Source of the DNA: the human T2T-CHM13v2.0 reference genome, Homo sapiens
Assembly (NCBI RefSeq): GCF_009914755.1
Contig: NC_060925.1
DNA: 64,000 nt
Reading direction: 5' to 3' (one strand)
The notes beneath the pieces are model-generated. The model worked only from the letters and a program-made list of their open reading frames with translations, searched no databases and was not told the DNA's origin. A program made the position numbers and the translations under genes. Below are positions 1 through 13,689 of the stretch, piece after piece (the first letter of the stretch is position 1; every line of letters begins with the position of its first letter).

Positions 1-865
1 CCAGGCAGTAACATGATGATTATTGTTGTGATAGGTATGGCACAGTAGTTAAGAGCCCTGATTCTAGACCCAGATTGTCTGTGATGGAGATACACTTCTC
101 ATATGTTGGATGAGGAAACTGAGGCCTTGGAAGAGGCGGGGGCATGCTTGAGGTCACATAGGAAGTCAGGGAGAAGACAGAGAGTAGGGCCCAGGCCTCT
201 TGGCTCAGGCCCCACTGTTCCTCTGCAGTTGCAGGAACAAACCAGTGGGTAATGCATTTTCATGGCAGGATGGAGGTGTCCCTGAACATGTCAAGGTTGG
301 AGAGGAGGGCAAGGCACCTCACTGAGACATCCTGATCCATGACGGGCTCCAGCTAGAGCACTAGGTCTCAGGAGTCCCCATGAGGTAGCAGGATAAGAAA
401 TTTCCCTAGTCCGTTTCCAACCCAGCTATCTGGATGCTTTACAAATGAGGAAATGCAGGCTTACAGAGATTATTTGTCTGAGACTAATAAGTGGTAAGAG
501 CGTAATTTGAACCCAGCTCTAAGACCTGAACTCTTCTTGCTACACCTGGGTGCCTCTATGATTCATACTCAGTGATTACCCAGCCTCCACTCTAGCACTT
601 CCAGTGACAAGGAACTCAGAGCCACCGAGGTAATCTACTACATCTCAGAGACAGCCCTGTTAGAATGTTCTCCTTGCATGGAGACACAGAAAGTGAGGCT
701 TTTTACCCCTTTCTGGCTCTCTTTTGCCTTGGTCTCTCTGCCCCAGATGAGCCCTGTGGAGATTGGGAGATGCTGGCTGTGTTAAGCCTTTATTCTCCAG
801 GCTAATTACCTCAGACCTTTCTTTCGTGTTTATAGGACATTTTCTCAAACTTTCGTGCATTAAGC

Positions 866-1600
866 AGGGTTAGGTTCAGTTGTGAATGACAGACTGGCCC
901 CCCCAATCCCACATCAGTGGTCTAAACAAGACCAAAGTTTATTTCTCTTTTACATAACAGTCAGTGCAGGCAGTTCAGGGTGGTATGGCAGTTCAGTGGT
1001 CTCAGAGACCCAGGATTCTTCTCTTTTGTGGCTAGGCTATTTGTGAAATTCAACTCAACTAGCAGAAATCCACCTCAACCTAGCTTAGCAAAAGGGGAGA
1101 TTTCTTTCTTTTTGAATGTCTGGAAAGTCTAGGGGTTCCAGTTTCAGGCAGAGCTGGATCCAGGGACTCAAACACTATTTTTAAGTCTCTTTCTCTCTTT
1201 AGGCTGTTTTCCTCTGTGTGTGGGCTTTGATGTCAAACAGCACTCTCCATGTGGCAGGGAGATGGCTTCTGACAGCTAAGCCTGTGTGCTTGTCTTCTGA
1301 TCCAAAAGGAGAGGTGCTCCTCCCAGAGTCCCAGAGTGCCAGTCCCATGGTCTATATAGTCCCAAATCTCAGAGTCCATATGTCAAATCATGTAGAAGGG
1401 GTGACTGGCTACTTAGGTCACTTACCACTGCCTGGACCAATCACTGGGCCTTGAACTTGCAATGGTATGTATGACCCAGTTGGTTGCCTGTCTGCTCCTG
1501 GGGAGTAATTGTGAGGGGAACAAATTGGATAGCCCCGTCAGGACCACATGGAACACAGGAGGGAAGGTTTCCTTCAACAGAGGGCCGAGACATGCAAAAA
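866..1600. mobile_element. Old MaLR (MLT1-type) LTR fragments
   Basis: MLT1-like segments (cagggttaggttcagttg...gtggtctaaacaag...tttatttctc; gctggatccagggactcaaac). Subfamily not resolved. Confidence 0.5.
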
Positions 1601-2140
1601 CTGTAAGCATGTTCAGCTCATCATGCCAGGGAAACTGCATTTTGTCTTACAAGCAATGTGGAGCCCCTGGAAGACTTTGGCAGGGCTCAGTCTGGAAGCT
1701 GGTTTGATTTGTCACAACCATTTTAAAAGGAGGAAACTGAGGCAGAGAGAACAACAGACAAATCCAATGACTGCTACAGCCAGAAACCACGGATAAACTC
1801 TGTCTGAGAGGGAGACATGTTCTCCTCCCCTCAAAGATGGGGACTGATGGGAGAGAAGCAACCTCTGTTCTTAGTGAACACGTAGTTCTATTGATGATCT
1901 GAGCTACAACCTCTGTTCCCAGTGAATACAGAATTCCATTGATGATTTACTGATGAACTCCCTAGAGTTCTATAGGGAGTCCCAGAGAGAGAGATATGCC
2001 ATACCTTCCTTTCTTCCTTCCTCTTTTCTTTCATTAATATATCCAGATATCTAACATTAATTGAGCACCTACTGTGTGTCAGGCTTTGTGCCTGGCAGGA
2101 GGTAGAGTGATTAATAATGATGATGCAAAACATTTATTGA

Positions 2141-2826
<686 letters not shown>

Positions 2827-2942
2827 TAATCCTTACAGCAATCCAATGAGGTAGGTACAATTATTATCCCCATTTTGCAGAAGAGGAAAGATAAAGATGA
2901 ACACAAAATGAGCCCTGTTCTCAAGGAGCTCACAGTCTAAAG

Positions 2943-3615
<673 letters not shown>

Positions 3616-4589
3616 GTCTATAATAAAATCTACAGACTGAAAAACAAGTAACAAAAACAGATGGAGCTAAGAGCTTCAGGAACACAGAGGTGGGAGTCAG
3701 GTGAGCGCAGGAGTGTTGTCAGGGAAAGCATCTCACAAACTTGATGTGTGAAATTAACTAGGAAGGATTAGAAGTGAGCCAGGCAAGAGTGAGCCACCTG
3801 CAAAGGTGAAGAGGGAAGAAAGAGGAAATCAGGTGTGAGTAGAGAACAGGAGTTGGAGGTAGGGGCTGGGCAAGCAGGTAGGGGCCAGGCTGCCAGGTAT
3901 CCTGTGCAGACAAGGACTCTATACACAGAAAGTGATGCAGCTCTGAGAAGGCCTCAGGCTACTGAGCAGGTATCACTAGAGCCTCATGCAAATCACACTT
4001 CCACCTTTTCACTAACTGAATTGCAAGCACCAGAAGGCCTCCTGTTGATCTGGGGTCTCTGCAGTGCCCTCTGAGTGTATGAGCAGGAGAGGTTTCTCAG
4101 CTCCTCCTTCCCTTGGGTGGTGGTGGTGGATGGGGGAGGGTGGTATTTTCCAGAGTTGAGTCTGTTCCCAGACCTTAGCCCTGCCCACTTGCTGATGTAA
4201 GAAATGCAGCCAACCCCTGAAATGTGAAGTCCTTCCAAGTAGCTTGATCTGGGCTGAGGATGGGAGAAAGAAGGGTCTGGCCTCCCAGCACAGCATTGCC
4301 CTCCCTGCCTCATCCTGGAGCAATGACCACTCTCTCAGTTTCCTCCTGCATTCCCCGCTCCAGTGTGAAACCTCAATTCAGGTCTCACCCATCAAAGTGA
4401 GTTCTCCCCAAATTACCTGCTCCCCATCCAGGTGAGATGAAGAGCACCCTGGCCTGGGAAATGGTGTAGGGTTCTAGTTCCACCTCTGCTACCAGTTTGC
4501 TGTGTGATTTTGGGCAAGTCATCCCTCTCTCTGGGTCTCAATTTCCCCATCGGTGAAATTAACTTTGAAAAATCAACAGTCCAATTTTG

Positions 4590-7110
4590 GAATGAATAAC
4601 TTCAGTCTTTATTCACTGGGGGGTGGGGTGGGTTGGGGCAGGGAACGGCATGCCCAGCATGCAACACAAGGCGTGGGTGGAGTGGATTCACAGTCTTTTT
4701 GGAGAAGAGCAGGCAGGAAGCAGGTTGGCTGTGCAGTGTGGCCTGAGAATGAGCTCAGAACAGGAAGAGGGGAAGAGGAACTGGGCTGGCCAGAAGGCTT
4801 CTTTCTGGAAGAGGCAGGACTGGAGCAGGGATTTTGAAGCGTGGGTACAGGTTGGAAAAAAAAGCAAACATAAGCGAAGAGTGGAGTCCGGAGGTTAAAA
4901 GTCTCTGGATAACTTTTCCAAGCGGGTGGAATGGGAGTAGGGTGAGGAAAGGGTGCTTTGTCTCAGAACCAGTCCTTTAGTTCCTGACTCTGTGTGGATG
5001 AGAGGCTCCTCCAGAGGTCGCTGTTCCCCAGGAATCCATTACTAGCGTCCGCACCGCGAGGCCAGAGCTCCCACTGTTCCCCTGGCTTTGCTTCTATGAG
5101 GCTTACGCGGCTCTGCATCTGCCCAGAGGACTCAGGGACGCGGCAATATTTCCGCCCCCACGAGGGTACTTACGGCCTCGCCAGTTACCCTGTCTGGGAC
5201 TCAGAAGGGTTACACGTGAAGGTGAGCGCATGTGCATGTCTATGGTACACACAGGTCGCTATGGCTCTGCACCCTCCCTCCTGCGCTGCCCCAATTCAGG
5301 GCCCGGAAGGGCGTCCTGTTCCCGAGGTGCCACTGTGCCAGCAGGCGGCGTGTAATTGGTAGGAGGGAGGCTGCCGCTGGAGTATTCTTGGCTGTCCCTC
5401 AGTGCGATCCCTGCATGAACTCCTTTTCCATGCTACAGTCACAGACCCTCAACCCAGGCGCACCCTCACCCATCCTCATTCCCCACTAGGGTCTCGCTGT
5501 TGACCCCGAGCAGGTTTGTCGTCCCCGACCAGGTCGCAAGGCTTCAGACTCTGGGGGGAAGTCGCGGGCCTGGATGATAAGCCTTCCAGGCAGTCCTGGG
5601 TCCACTCTGTGGACACCAAGCATGAGGTCTGGAGGGGAGGACACAGGACACAGGATGCAAGACAGGCGCCCGTCACTCAGGGTCGCAATCCGCCATACAG
5701 AGCCACTGTTGTCCAGAGGACAGACACATGAGGACAGAGAAAGAGAGGCTCGGCCCAGCTGGCCGAGAAACCCACAAGAGCGCACTTAGACATGAAGTTC
5801 TCCTTCCCACATACCTGGAAGCGTCCCCCACTGCCCCTGGCCGCCTCTGCTCTCAAGAGCGTGGAGCCTTCCCTACCACTCCGGGAACTCTGTGATCTTC
5901 AGGACCGGCGGGTTTCAAGTGGCGCTGTTTTCGGTCTCTCCTGAGGTCGCAACCCTCTTCCCACGAACAACAGCCCACAGGCTCCGCAGCTCGCCTTGGT
6001 CTCAACAACCGCGCAGTACTTGGGTGCTTAAGCGAGTCCCCTACCACATAGTCCAGGGTTGGGGGCGGGGGAGATGGGGCTGGGAGGGGACAGTGGCCAG
6101 GAGTAGCGGAAAGAGAAGATGTAAATTCACTCTCGAACTTTGCCCGGCAGACGCGTGGTGGTTATCTCCGCGCCAGCGCCTGAAGTGGGCAGGTGGGCTT
6201 CAGAGTTGAAGGTGCACACACTGGAGCCCCAGTCATTTCTGTGCATGGGGAACATGTCTGAGGTCTGCCTCCGCGGGTCACAGGATCTGGAGTCTCCCGC
6301 CTCCCACCTGGGCTAAGGGAGCTGATCGCTTCTGAGCAGCCGAAGATCCGGGTGGAGAAAGGGGCCGGGAGCTGTACCGGCTGAGGCTAGACAGCTATCT
6401 CGCTTTGGAGCTGCAGCTAGGTCCAGAGTGGGAAGGAGGCTCGCGCCGGCTTTGCCGCTTTCCCTGAGGGTGTCCAGTTTTGTGAATAAAATTAGAGAAA
6501 TCTGCGGGCGTAGTTCCCCAAGCCCAGCTCAGGCTTCCGTTTGCAGCCCGGCGCTGGCCGAGCTCGAACCGCTGAAAAGGGCCGCGTGCAATCGTTCCGC
6601 TGTGCCTCAGGACAAACTCCGCTTCAAGCCAGTGCCGCTCTCCGGCAGTTTCCTGATTGACTTAATTAGATCCGCATAATCGCTGGAGGGCTTTTCTTTC
6701 CCAGAGCCGAGAACAGCTCATTTATGGGGACCAAAAGGAAGAGAGGGAGAGACGACCCGGACGCCACTGATAGCAACGTACTCTTCGCAAAAAACACTCA
6801 GTAACTAGTGGAAAAGCCCAACAGGCATCCCCCTCCGCCCGCCAACGCTTCCTCCCAATTGTTCTGGGCTGCACGAGGGAGATGGCCGGGCCGTGGAACA
6901 GATGCAGAAGGAGGCCCGGCACGACCAGAGACGCTGTAACCAAGACCCGCAGAGCCTGTGGCTTCCCGCTCTTTGGCGGCTGCAGCAGGCATGGTGCTGG
7001 AGCCCAAGGCTTCTGGGAAAGAGTCCAGGTTTTCGCGGAGGGAGCGACGGACTCACGCGGGATCGCAGGCACTGCTGCAAGACGCCGAACAGGCTGAGCC
7101 GGTAGGCGAA
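4590..7110 (-). ncRNA. FOXD2-AS1: FOXD2 adjacent opposite-strand lncRNA (single exon, ~2.5 kb); boundaries approximate
   Basis: Identity and position come from recall of the human locus. In the sequence: TTTATT at 4608-4613 (AATAAA on the minus strand) where the 3' end is expected, a CpG-rich 5' region near 6.3-7.2 kb, and no credible long ORF. Confidence 0.6.
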
Positions 7111-7200
7111 AGAAGTAAGGGTCACAGAAGAAGCAAAGAAAACGAAATAAATTCCGAATCCCGCGGTGGCCCTTCTCCCAGTCCCCAGTGCACTTACTCC
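5000..7200. promoter_or_regulatory. Upstream CpG-rich region / FOXD2-AS1 promoter island
   Basis: Visibly elevated CpG density, highest at 5.9-7.2 kb. Confidence 0.7.
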
Positions 7201-7717
7201 TGACACTGTTGAAAACAAACTGGCCCAGAACCTTGGAAGGGATGAGAGGCTACTAGAAATCCCTCTATACAGAGAGGAGCTCGGTTAGAGAAACAGCTAT
7301 TTGGATAAACAGAGGGGTTCTGGGCTAGGAACCCGGACACGTAGGTCCAACCCAGCTTAGCGCCCCTCAAAAGCCTGACAAGTAACATGATCTCCTGGAC
7401 CTCAGTTTCCGCTCCTGTAAAAAGTATGTATGTGAAGGGTCTGGATTCTCCCTCCCCAACCCTGCAGAGCAGAAGCTGGGGATTCTGTACTCCCCTTCCC
7501 CAGTGTAGGTCTCAGTAGCAGTGAACGTGCAGCAAGGCCAGGCAGAGGCAAGGGCTGGCTGCTGTAGCTGCTTGGTAGAACTTCTCTGAAGCAGGAAATT
7601 TGGGCAGCAAGTGCCCTGGCTAGTCTCACCCTGACCAAAGCCTGGGGAGCCAGGGGAGTGCTGGCAAGGAAGGAAGCTACTGGTTCCCATTTGCTGTTTT
7701 AGAAACGAGGACATTCA

Positions 7718-8001
7718 GGCCGGGCAGGGTGGCTCACGCCTGTAGTCCCAGCACTTTGGGAGGCCGAGGCGGGTGGATCACCTGAGGTAGGGAGTTTGAG
7801 ACCAGCCTGACCAACATGGAGAAACCTCCTCTCTACTAAAAACACAAAATTAGCCGGGCATGTTGGTGCCTGCCTGTAATCCCAGCTATTTGGGAGGCTG
7901 AGGCAGGAGAATCATTTGAACCTGGGAGGCTGAGGTTGTGGTGAGCTGCTGAGATCAGGCCATTTTACTCCAGCAGGGGGGCAACAAGAGCGAAACTCAG
8001 T

Positions 8002-8043
<42 letters not shown>

Positions 8044-8054
8044 AAAGAAAAAAA
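7718..8054 (+). mobile_element. AluSp-like element with a long A tail
   Basis: Diagnostic CCAGCCTGACCAACATGGAGAAACC and CAACAAGAGCGAAAC. TSD AGAAA(C/T)GAGGACATTCA (7701/8055). Confidence 0.93.
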
Positions 8055-10431
8055 AGAAATGAGGACATTCAGAAGGTGAAATGGAGTAGGATGACGCCAA
8101 CACTGTTTTTCTCTCCACTTGTTTAGATACTAGCAGAGTTGAGCTGGGTTGGAGTTGGTGTGTGGTCCATGGTGTGGGGTATCTGTGAGTGGGGTTCTGG
8201 GAGTGTGAGACAGATATCCATGTAGTCAAGAGCAAGCTTGAGGTATGTGTAGGGTTGCCAGATAAAATAAATCTGCTAAATCTAGCAACCCTAGGTATGT
8301 GAGTTTCCTTGGACTCATGCAAGAAGCTTCTCTCCAAGACCTTTTTCCCCGGACAGTCTGTCACCCAGGAAATTCCAATTCCAGGGCTACTAGTCCCTGT
8401 CCAATTTGCTGTCCATGGTTTGAGGACGAGATTTCTCTTTTTTCCAATGACAGTTTATGCTGGAACAGCACATTAAATGGATCCCCTTGGTCAGAGGTCC
8501 CAGAGGGGGCCCAGGCGACTTCCTCTCAAAGGACATGAGTAGTCAGACCTGCCTTCCATTTTTTTCTGCCCTTACCTTGGGGGGATGAAGAACTCTATTT
8601 TGAGGATTCTGTGAAAAGGGTTGCAACCCAACTCTGTTCTATTTCTTTGCAGGAGCCTGGGTGAGTTCTTTCTCCCTATCCTGGGCCTCTGTAGCTCCAT
8701 CTGTGGAATGGGAGAGTTGGATTAACACCAGGCTATCCCGTAGATTGGAGGCTGCTGTTAGATGAAACTGCAAAGTGTTCTCAGTACCCTTTCCTAAATG
8801 GCCTAGAATATGGCTACACTTATACATCAGTTCTGAGGTAGGTGTTACTAGCCTCATTTTTACAAAGGCAGAAACAAAGCGCAAAGAACCTTGCCCAAGG
8901 TGACAGATAGGGTAAGTAGTGAAGGCAGGATTGGAACCCCAGGAGCCTGACTTAAGGTCGCTGCTCTTAACTACTATGCAGACCAGGAAACTGAGGCTCC
9001 GAAGCGGGGAAGTCACCTAATGAGGGTCACACAGCCTTGCTACAGCGGAGGCAGCTGGGATTCCGGCCTCGCACGCCCGAGCTTTAGCCACTGTGCGGCG
9101 CTGTCGGGGCAGCAGCCCAGGCATCCGCTCAGTTCCTGCTCACGTCCAGCGCCCATCTCCCCTTCCGTGCCCCAGAGGCTGAAATGGGCCCAATCTGTGT
9201 TGAAGCTGCTTGTTTCTGGGTCCTGGAGGGAGGCCGGGGGAGAAAGAGGTCTAATAGGATGGGCAGGAACCCGGCTAGCGAGAAACAAGGCACAGGGCCA
9301 ACCTTAGTTGCACAAGACTTTTGAGAGATGAAGGCAACACTTGGTGGAGGTCAGGGTTCACTGAGGGGGTGTCGGGCAGGGGGCGGAGGAGGTCCTGCCG
9401 CCTGTCGGTGGGGCCCAGAACCCTGGGAGCCAGGAAGGTGGGGGGTGTCCAGTCCTCAGGGCAACTGGGGCCAGGGAGAGGGGAGGGAGAAATTAAGCGG
9501 ATTCCCAGACCCATGAACAGACATCCAGACAAATGCCGTTTCCACAGAGACTCACGGAGAGTGAGATAGTCACAGAGACTGAGACAAACGGATGCCGAGA
9601 TCCAGAGGGTCAGAGAACAGGCAAACTCGGAGCAGTAGACCGGCCCGCGCCCCGGGAACGCGGCCACAGCGGCCGGCGCTCTGCCCGGCCTCTCCGCGCG
9701 GAGAGGGGTGGCGGGCCCGACAGCGGAGGGAGGAGAGGGCGCCGCCGCAATCTCACCTCTCCCAGGCCCAAGGCTGCGGGCGCCAAGTTCGCTCCTGGTG
9801 ATCACTCGAATGCGTCTCCCCTCGGGCTGGAAGCCGTGCGGGCTCGGGTGGGCGCCGGCGGGCCGCGCTGGGGCGGCGTGGGTCCCGGCGTCTCAGCCTC
9901 GCGCTCCCACTGCGCTTCGGCCCGGTGGCCCGGGCGCCGCCTTGGGGAGAGGACGGGTGGGGACCGCCGCCACTTCCCTGGCTGCGGCTGGCGCCCGAGT
10001 GAGCCTTAACATCCAGGGGCTGAGCGTTCTGAAGGCGGCGGCTTCAGGGAGCACAGGGTGCAGGAGCGGCGGCGAAGACAAGGGCCCGCCTCCGGCCACT
10101 CGAGCCCAGCTCCCGCCGCGGCGGCGGTTTGTTCCCGCCGGGTCCCTCAGCGGAGGCGCTACGCCCGCCCCTGTCGCCTCGCCCCACCCCGCCCAGGGAG
10201 CTCCGCCCTAGCCCGCAGCTCTTCCGCCTTAGGCAGCCGCTAGGCGGGAGGGACAATCCCCCACCACCAACCACTGCCACCCCGAGGGGACTAGGGGCTG
10301 AGGCCCGCCCAGGTAAGGGAAAGCCTCAGCTCCTTCCGTTGCGCCCCAGCGGCGGGTCCCAGCTCGGATTCCCGGGGTAGTGGCGGGGGCCGCCGGCGGG
10401 TCGTGCCCTGGAAGGTGAGCGCGGCCGAGCT

Positions 10432-10450
10432 GGGCCGCCAGGGGGCGCTG
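10432..10450 (+). promoter_or_regulatory. CTCF-type motif in the FOXD2 promoter
   Basis: GGGCCGCCAGGGGGCGCTG closely matches the CTCF core consensus (TGGCCACCAGGGGGCGCTA-like). Confidence 0.65.
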
Positions 10451-10602
10451 CGGAGCCGGGGGACACCCCTCCCTGCCTGCCTCAGTCCCCCGCCCCCTCC
10501 CCGCCCGCGCGCAAAACGCACTCGCCCCAGAGGCAGCGCGGCCGAGCCCGAGCCGCTGCCGGAGCGGAGCCGGAGAGTGGCGGCGGCGGCGGCAGCGGCA
10601 CC

Positions 10603-12096
10603 ATGACCCTGGGCAGCTGCTGCTGCGAGATCATGTCCTCCGAGAGCTCCCCGGCCGCGCTGTCCGAGGCCGACGCAGACATAGACGTGGTGGGCGGCGG
10701 CAGCGGCGGGGGGGAGCTCCCAGCTCGCTCCGGGCCCCGCGCCCCCCGGGACGTGCTCCCCCACGGCCACGAGCCTCCCGCGGAGGAAGCCGAGACAGAC
10801 TTAGCCGAGGACGAGGAGGAGTCTGGTGGCTGCTCGGACGGCGAGCCCCGCGCTCTGGCGTCCCGGGGGGCGGCGGCCGCAGCGGGGAGCCCGGGGCCAG
10901 GCGCCGCGGCGGCCCGCGGCGCAGCGGGGCCCGGGCCGGGACCGCCGTCGGGGGGCGCGGCGACGCGGAGCCCGCTGGTGAAGCCGCCCTACTCGTACAT
11001 CGCGCTCATCACCATGGCCATCCTGCAGAGCCCCAAGAAGCGGCTGACGTTGAGCGAGATCTGCGAGTTCATCAGCGGCCGCTTCCCCTACTACCGGGAG
11101 AAGTTCCCCGCCTGGCAGAACAGCATCCGCCACAACCTCTCTCTCAACGACTGCTTCGTCAAGATCCCCCGCGAGCCGGGCAACCCGGGCAAGGGCAACT
11201 ACTGGACGCTGGACCCGGAGTCGGCCGACATGTTCGACAACGGCAGCTTCCTGCGGCGTCGCAAGCGCTTCAAGCGGCAGCCCCTGCCGCCGCCGCACCC
11301 ACACCCGCACCCTCACCCGGAGCTGCTGCTGCGTGGCGGGGCCGCGGCGGCGGGGGATCCCGGCGCTTTCCTGCCCGGCTTCGCTGCCTACGGCGCCTAC
11401 GGCTACGGCTACGGGCTGGCTCTCCCGGCCTACGGCGCACCCCCGCCGGGGCCGGCCCCGCATCCGCACCCGCACCCGCACCCGCACGCCTTCGCTTTCG
11501 CCGCGGCAGCCGCCGCCGCTCCTTGCCAGCTGTCGGTACCCCCAGGCCGCGCCGCCGCGCCTCCACCCGGACCTCCGACGGCCTCGGTGTTCGCAGGCGC
11601 GGGATCGGCCCCAGCTCCTGCGCCTGCCTCAGGCTCGGGCCCGGGCCCGGGCCCCGCAGGCCTGCCCGCCTTCCTGGGCGCGGAGCTGGGCTGCGCCAAA
11701 GCCTTCTACCCGGCGTCCCTGAGTCCTCCCGCAGCCGGCACCGCGGCGGGTCTGCCCACCGCACTTCTGCGCCAGGGCCTCAAGACGGACGCGGGCGGTG
11801 GTGCAGGCGGCGGGGGCGCCGGGGCAGGGCAGAGGCCTTCCTTCTCTATAGACCACATCATGGGCCACGGTGGCGGCGGGGCAGCACCCCCGGGCGCCGG
11901 CGAGGGCTCTCCGGGACCGCCATTCGCGGCAGCCGCGGGTCCTGGGGGCCAAGCCCAGGTCTTGGCCATGCTGACTGCTCCGGCCCTGGCTCCCGTTGCT
12001 GGCCACATTCGCCTCTCGCATCCCGGGGACGCGCTGCTGTCCTCAGGGTCCCGGTTTGCCAGCAAAGTCGCCGGCCTTAGTGGCTGCCACTTCTGA
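10603..12096 (+). CDS. FOXD2: Forkhead box protein D2, single-exon, 497 aa
   Basis: Good Kozak context (GCACCATGA). FoxD N-terminal DIDVVG motif and acidic stretch. Forkhead domain from [18 protein letters not shown] (10981) to [10 protein letters not shown] (~11277). His-Pro and Ala tracts. eh1 motif FSIDHIM (11842-11862). The termini [16 protein letters not shown] and VAGLSGCHF are recognised as FOXD2. Confidence 0.98.
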   Translation: MTLGSCCCEIMSSESSPAALSEADADIDVVGGGSGGGELPARSGPRAPRDVLPHGHEPPAEEAETDLAEDEEESGGCSDGEPRALASRGAAAAAGSPGPGAAAARGAAGPGPGPPSGGAATRSPLVKPPYSYIALITMAILQSPKKRLTLSEICEFISGRFPYYREKFPAWQNSIRHNLSLNDCFVKIPREPGNPGKGNYWTLDPESADMFDNGSFLRRRKRFKRQPLPPPHPHPHPHPELLLRGGAAAAGDPGAFLPGFAAYGAYGYGYGLALPAYGAPPPGPAPHPHPHPHPHAFAFAAAAAAAPCQLSVPPGRAAAPPPGPPTASVFAGAGSAPAPAPASGSGPGPGPAGLPAFLGAELGCAKAFYPASLSPPAAGTAAGLPTALLRQGLKTDAGGGAGGGGAGAGQRPSFSIDHIMGHGGGGAAPPGAGEGSPGPPFAAAAGPGGQAQVLAMLTAPALAPVAGHIRLSHPGDALLSSGSRFASKVAGLSGCHF

Positions 12097-13165
12097 CCGC
12101 AGCAGGCCCAGGGCCGGTTAGGTCCGCACTCCTCAGCCTCTCCCGGGAGTTCCTGCGGTCCCAGCGGAACTCAGGGAGTCTATTTATGAAGTCTCCAGAC
12201 CTTGGGCCGGCACGCGTGACACGGCACTTCAGGCTCCACGCACAGAATCTCGCAGATAGTTGGGACTAAGCGGGCTCTATCGCTCAGGGCGACAGGCCCG
12301 GGGCTACGCGAAGAAGTCGCAGGCCAAGATTCTTTACAGTTTGAGAAATAAAAGCAGGGGGTGGGGGCTTCGTTTTTTTCCCTGCCTCTGCGCCTCTCGG
12401 GGAACACATTCCGGGAGAGATGCCTGGCCAGGCTCCACGGATCCCGCCAGAAACACCAACAGAGGGTCTCCCTTTCTGCCTTTCCCCTCTCACTTCTTCC
12501 CCAACGTTGAGACCCTGCTTGTCCAATATTATAATTTAAAGACATCTATTATCTGCTTTGTGCTTAAAAGAAAAATTCAACCTTTTTTTTTTTTTTTTTT
12601 TTTTGCTGTTCTCCAAGGAAGTTCGTTTCCTCTGAAGCCTAAACCAGTGTCTACGCAGGCGGAGCTGAACGGAGAGGTGAAGCAGGGGGTCTTTATATTC
12701 CCTGCAGAAACCCTGGATCCCACTCCACTGAGGAAAATCCTTTCTCTTTTGTGTTTGGGTGCTTTTAAAGGAATTTCTTTCCTTTCCCTTGGCTGGCTGG
12801 GTCCAGCCATCTCCGGCCAGCAACCCTGTCAGTGTTCCACCCTGTCCCAGGCCCTGTGATATTTATTGTGGCTAAAGGCAATGAGATTGGGTGGAAGAGA
12901 AGGGTCTGGGCCAGGGACTGGAGAGGTGGGGGTGGAGTGGGCAAGGGCACACCCTGTGGCAGGGGGTCCTATAATTTTGTGTAAATATCTGTACAGCGCG
13001 CTGCTCTCGGCGTTCTCTGTCCACTGGGTGTGCATTGATTTAAACTTCTCCACTGTGGGGAAGCTCTGTGAAATCGTCTGATGGTCTGTGTGGAAGAAAA
13101 GAAAAATCTGTCTGCCGCCTATTTCCCATTGGTGTCAATTGAATAAATGTATGTGAACTTCAGCA
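12097..13165 (+). other. FOXD2: FOXD2 3'UTR
   Basis: Runs from the stop codon to AATAAA at 13142-13147. Contains a T-tract (12583-12604), ATTTA pentamers and TGTAAATA at 12980. The exact cleavage site is inferred. Confidence 0.75.
13142..13147 (+). terminator. Distal polyadenylation signal of FOXD2
   Basis: AATAAA about 1.05 kb after the stop codon, followed by T/GT-rich sequence. Confidence 0.75.
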
Positions 13166-13669
13166 GTCACCAGCTCTGTCTGCTTGCCTGCACTCCCTTG
13201 CCCCTGATGGGGCTCTCCCAGAAAAGCTTAGCTCCCCAACAGAGGGGGAGTGAGGAAAGGCCCCTGGGCAGCCCAAGCAGGCAGAGAGGGGTTTGAGCTT
13301 AGAGGATGCAAGGGGCACTTTGGTCTTGGCCTTCAGCTGTTAATGAGGCCGAATCTCTGGGAAGCCTGTGGCCTCTCCAGCACTTTCATTTTCGTTCTAG
13401 TCCTAAGAAGGTTGTTGCGTGGAGTTTTGCCTGGGGTTGTGTTTCCACTGCACCTGAGGATTCTCATGTCCTTCTAGTTTGGATGTTGGCATGGCCTGGG
13501 CAGATCTGGGTGCTAAGGGTTCATGAACACTCTACCCACTAAGTACAATTTAAGGTGAATATATCTGGTGATGTGTACTCTGTATGCCTCTGTTTCTGAG
13601 TGAAGGGCTTTTATGGAACTTATGATTTGTTTTTGTGTTTGTCTGGGTCGGCACAGCTCCTTGCTTTTT

Positions 13670-13689
13670 TGTGTGTGTGTGTGTGTGTG
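13670..13689. repeat. (TG)n microsatellite
   Basis: Seen directly in the sequence. Confidence 0.95.

Larger units (their letters stand above)
9050..12330. promoter_or_regulatory. Main CpG island covering the FOXD2 promoter and gene body
   Basis: Very high GC and CpG content, GC boxes (CCGCCC), and a (GGC)5 tract just before the ATG. Confidence 0.93.

Noticed and set aside
9275-10380. 150-176 aa ORFs in the promoter CpG island
   Set aside because: GC-driven open frames with no recognisable protein family.
9751-10420. Consensus splice donors in the promoter island (minus-strand AG|GTGAGA at ~9752-9758; plus-strand CAG|GTAAGG ~10310 and AAG|GTGAGC ~10412), possible first exons of upstream or divergent transcripts
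   Set aside because: Donor-like motifs are common by chance, and exon structure cannot be established without transcript data.
10291-12080. Long antisense and alternate-frame ORFs overlapping FOXD2 (e.g. 10801..11487 -, 228 aa; 11523..12080 +, 185 aa)
   Set aside because: Expected shadow ORFs in very GC-rich DNA with few stop codons. They are Arg/Gly/Ala/Pro low-complexity, mostly start at non-ATG codons and have no domain.
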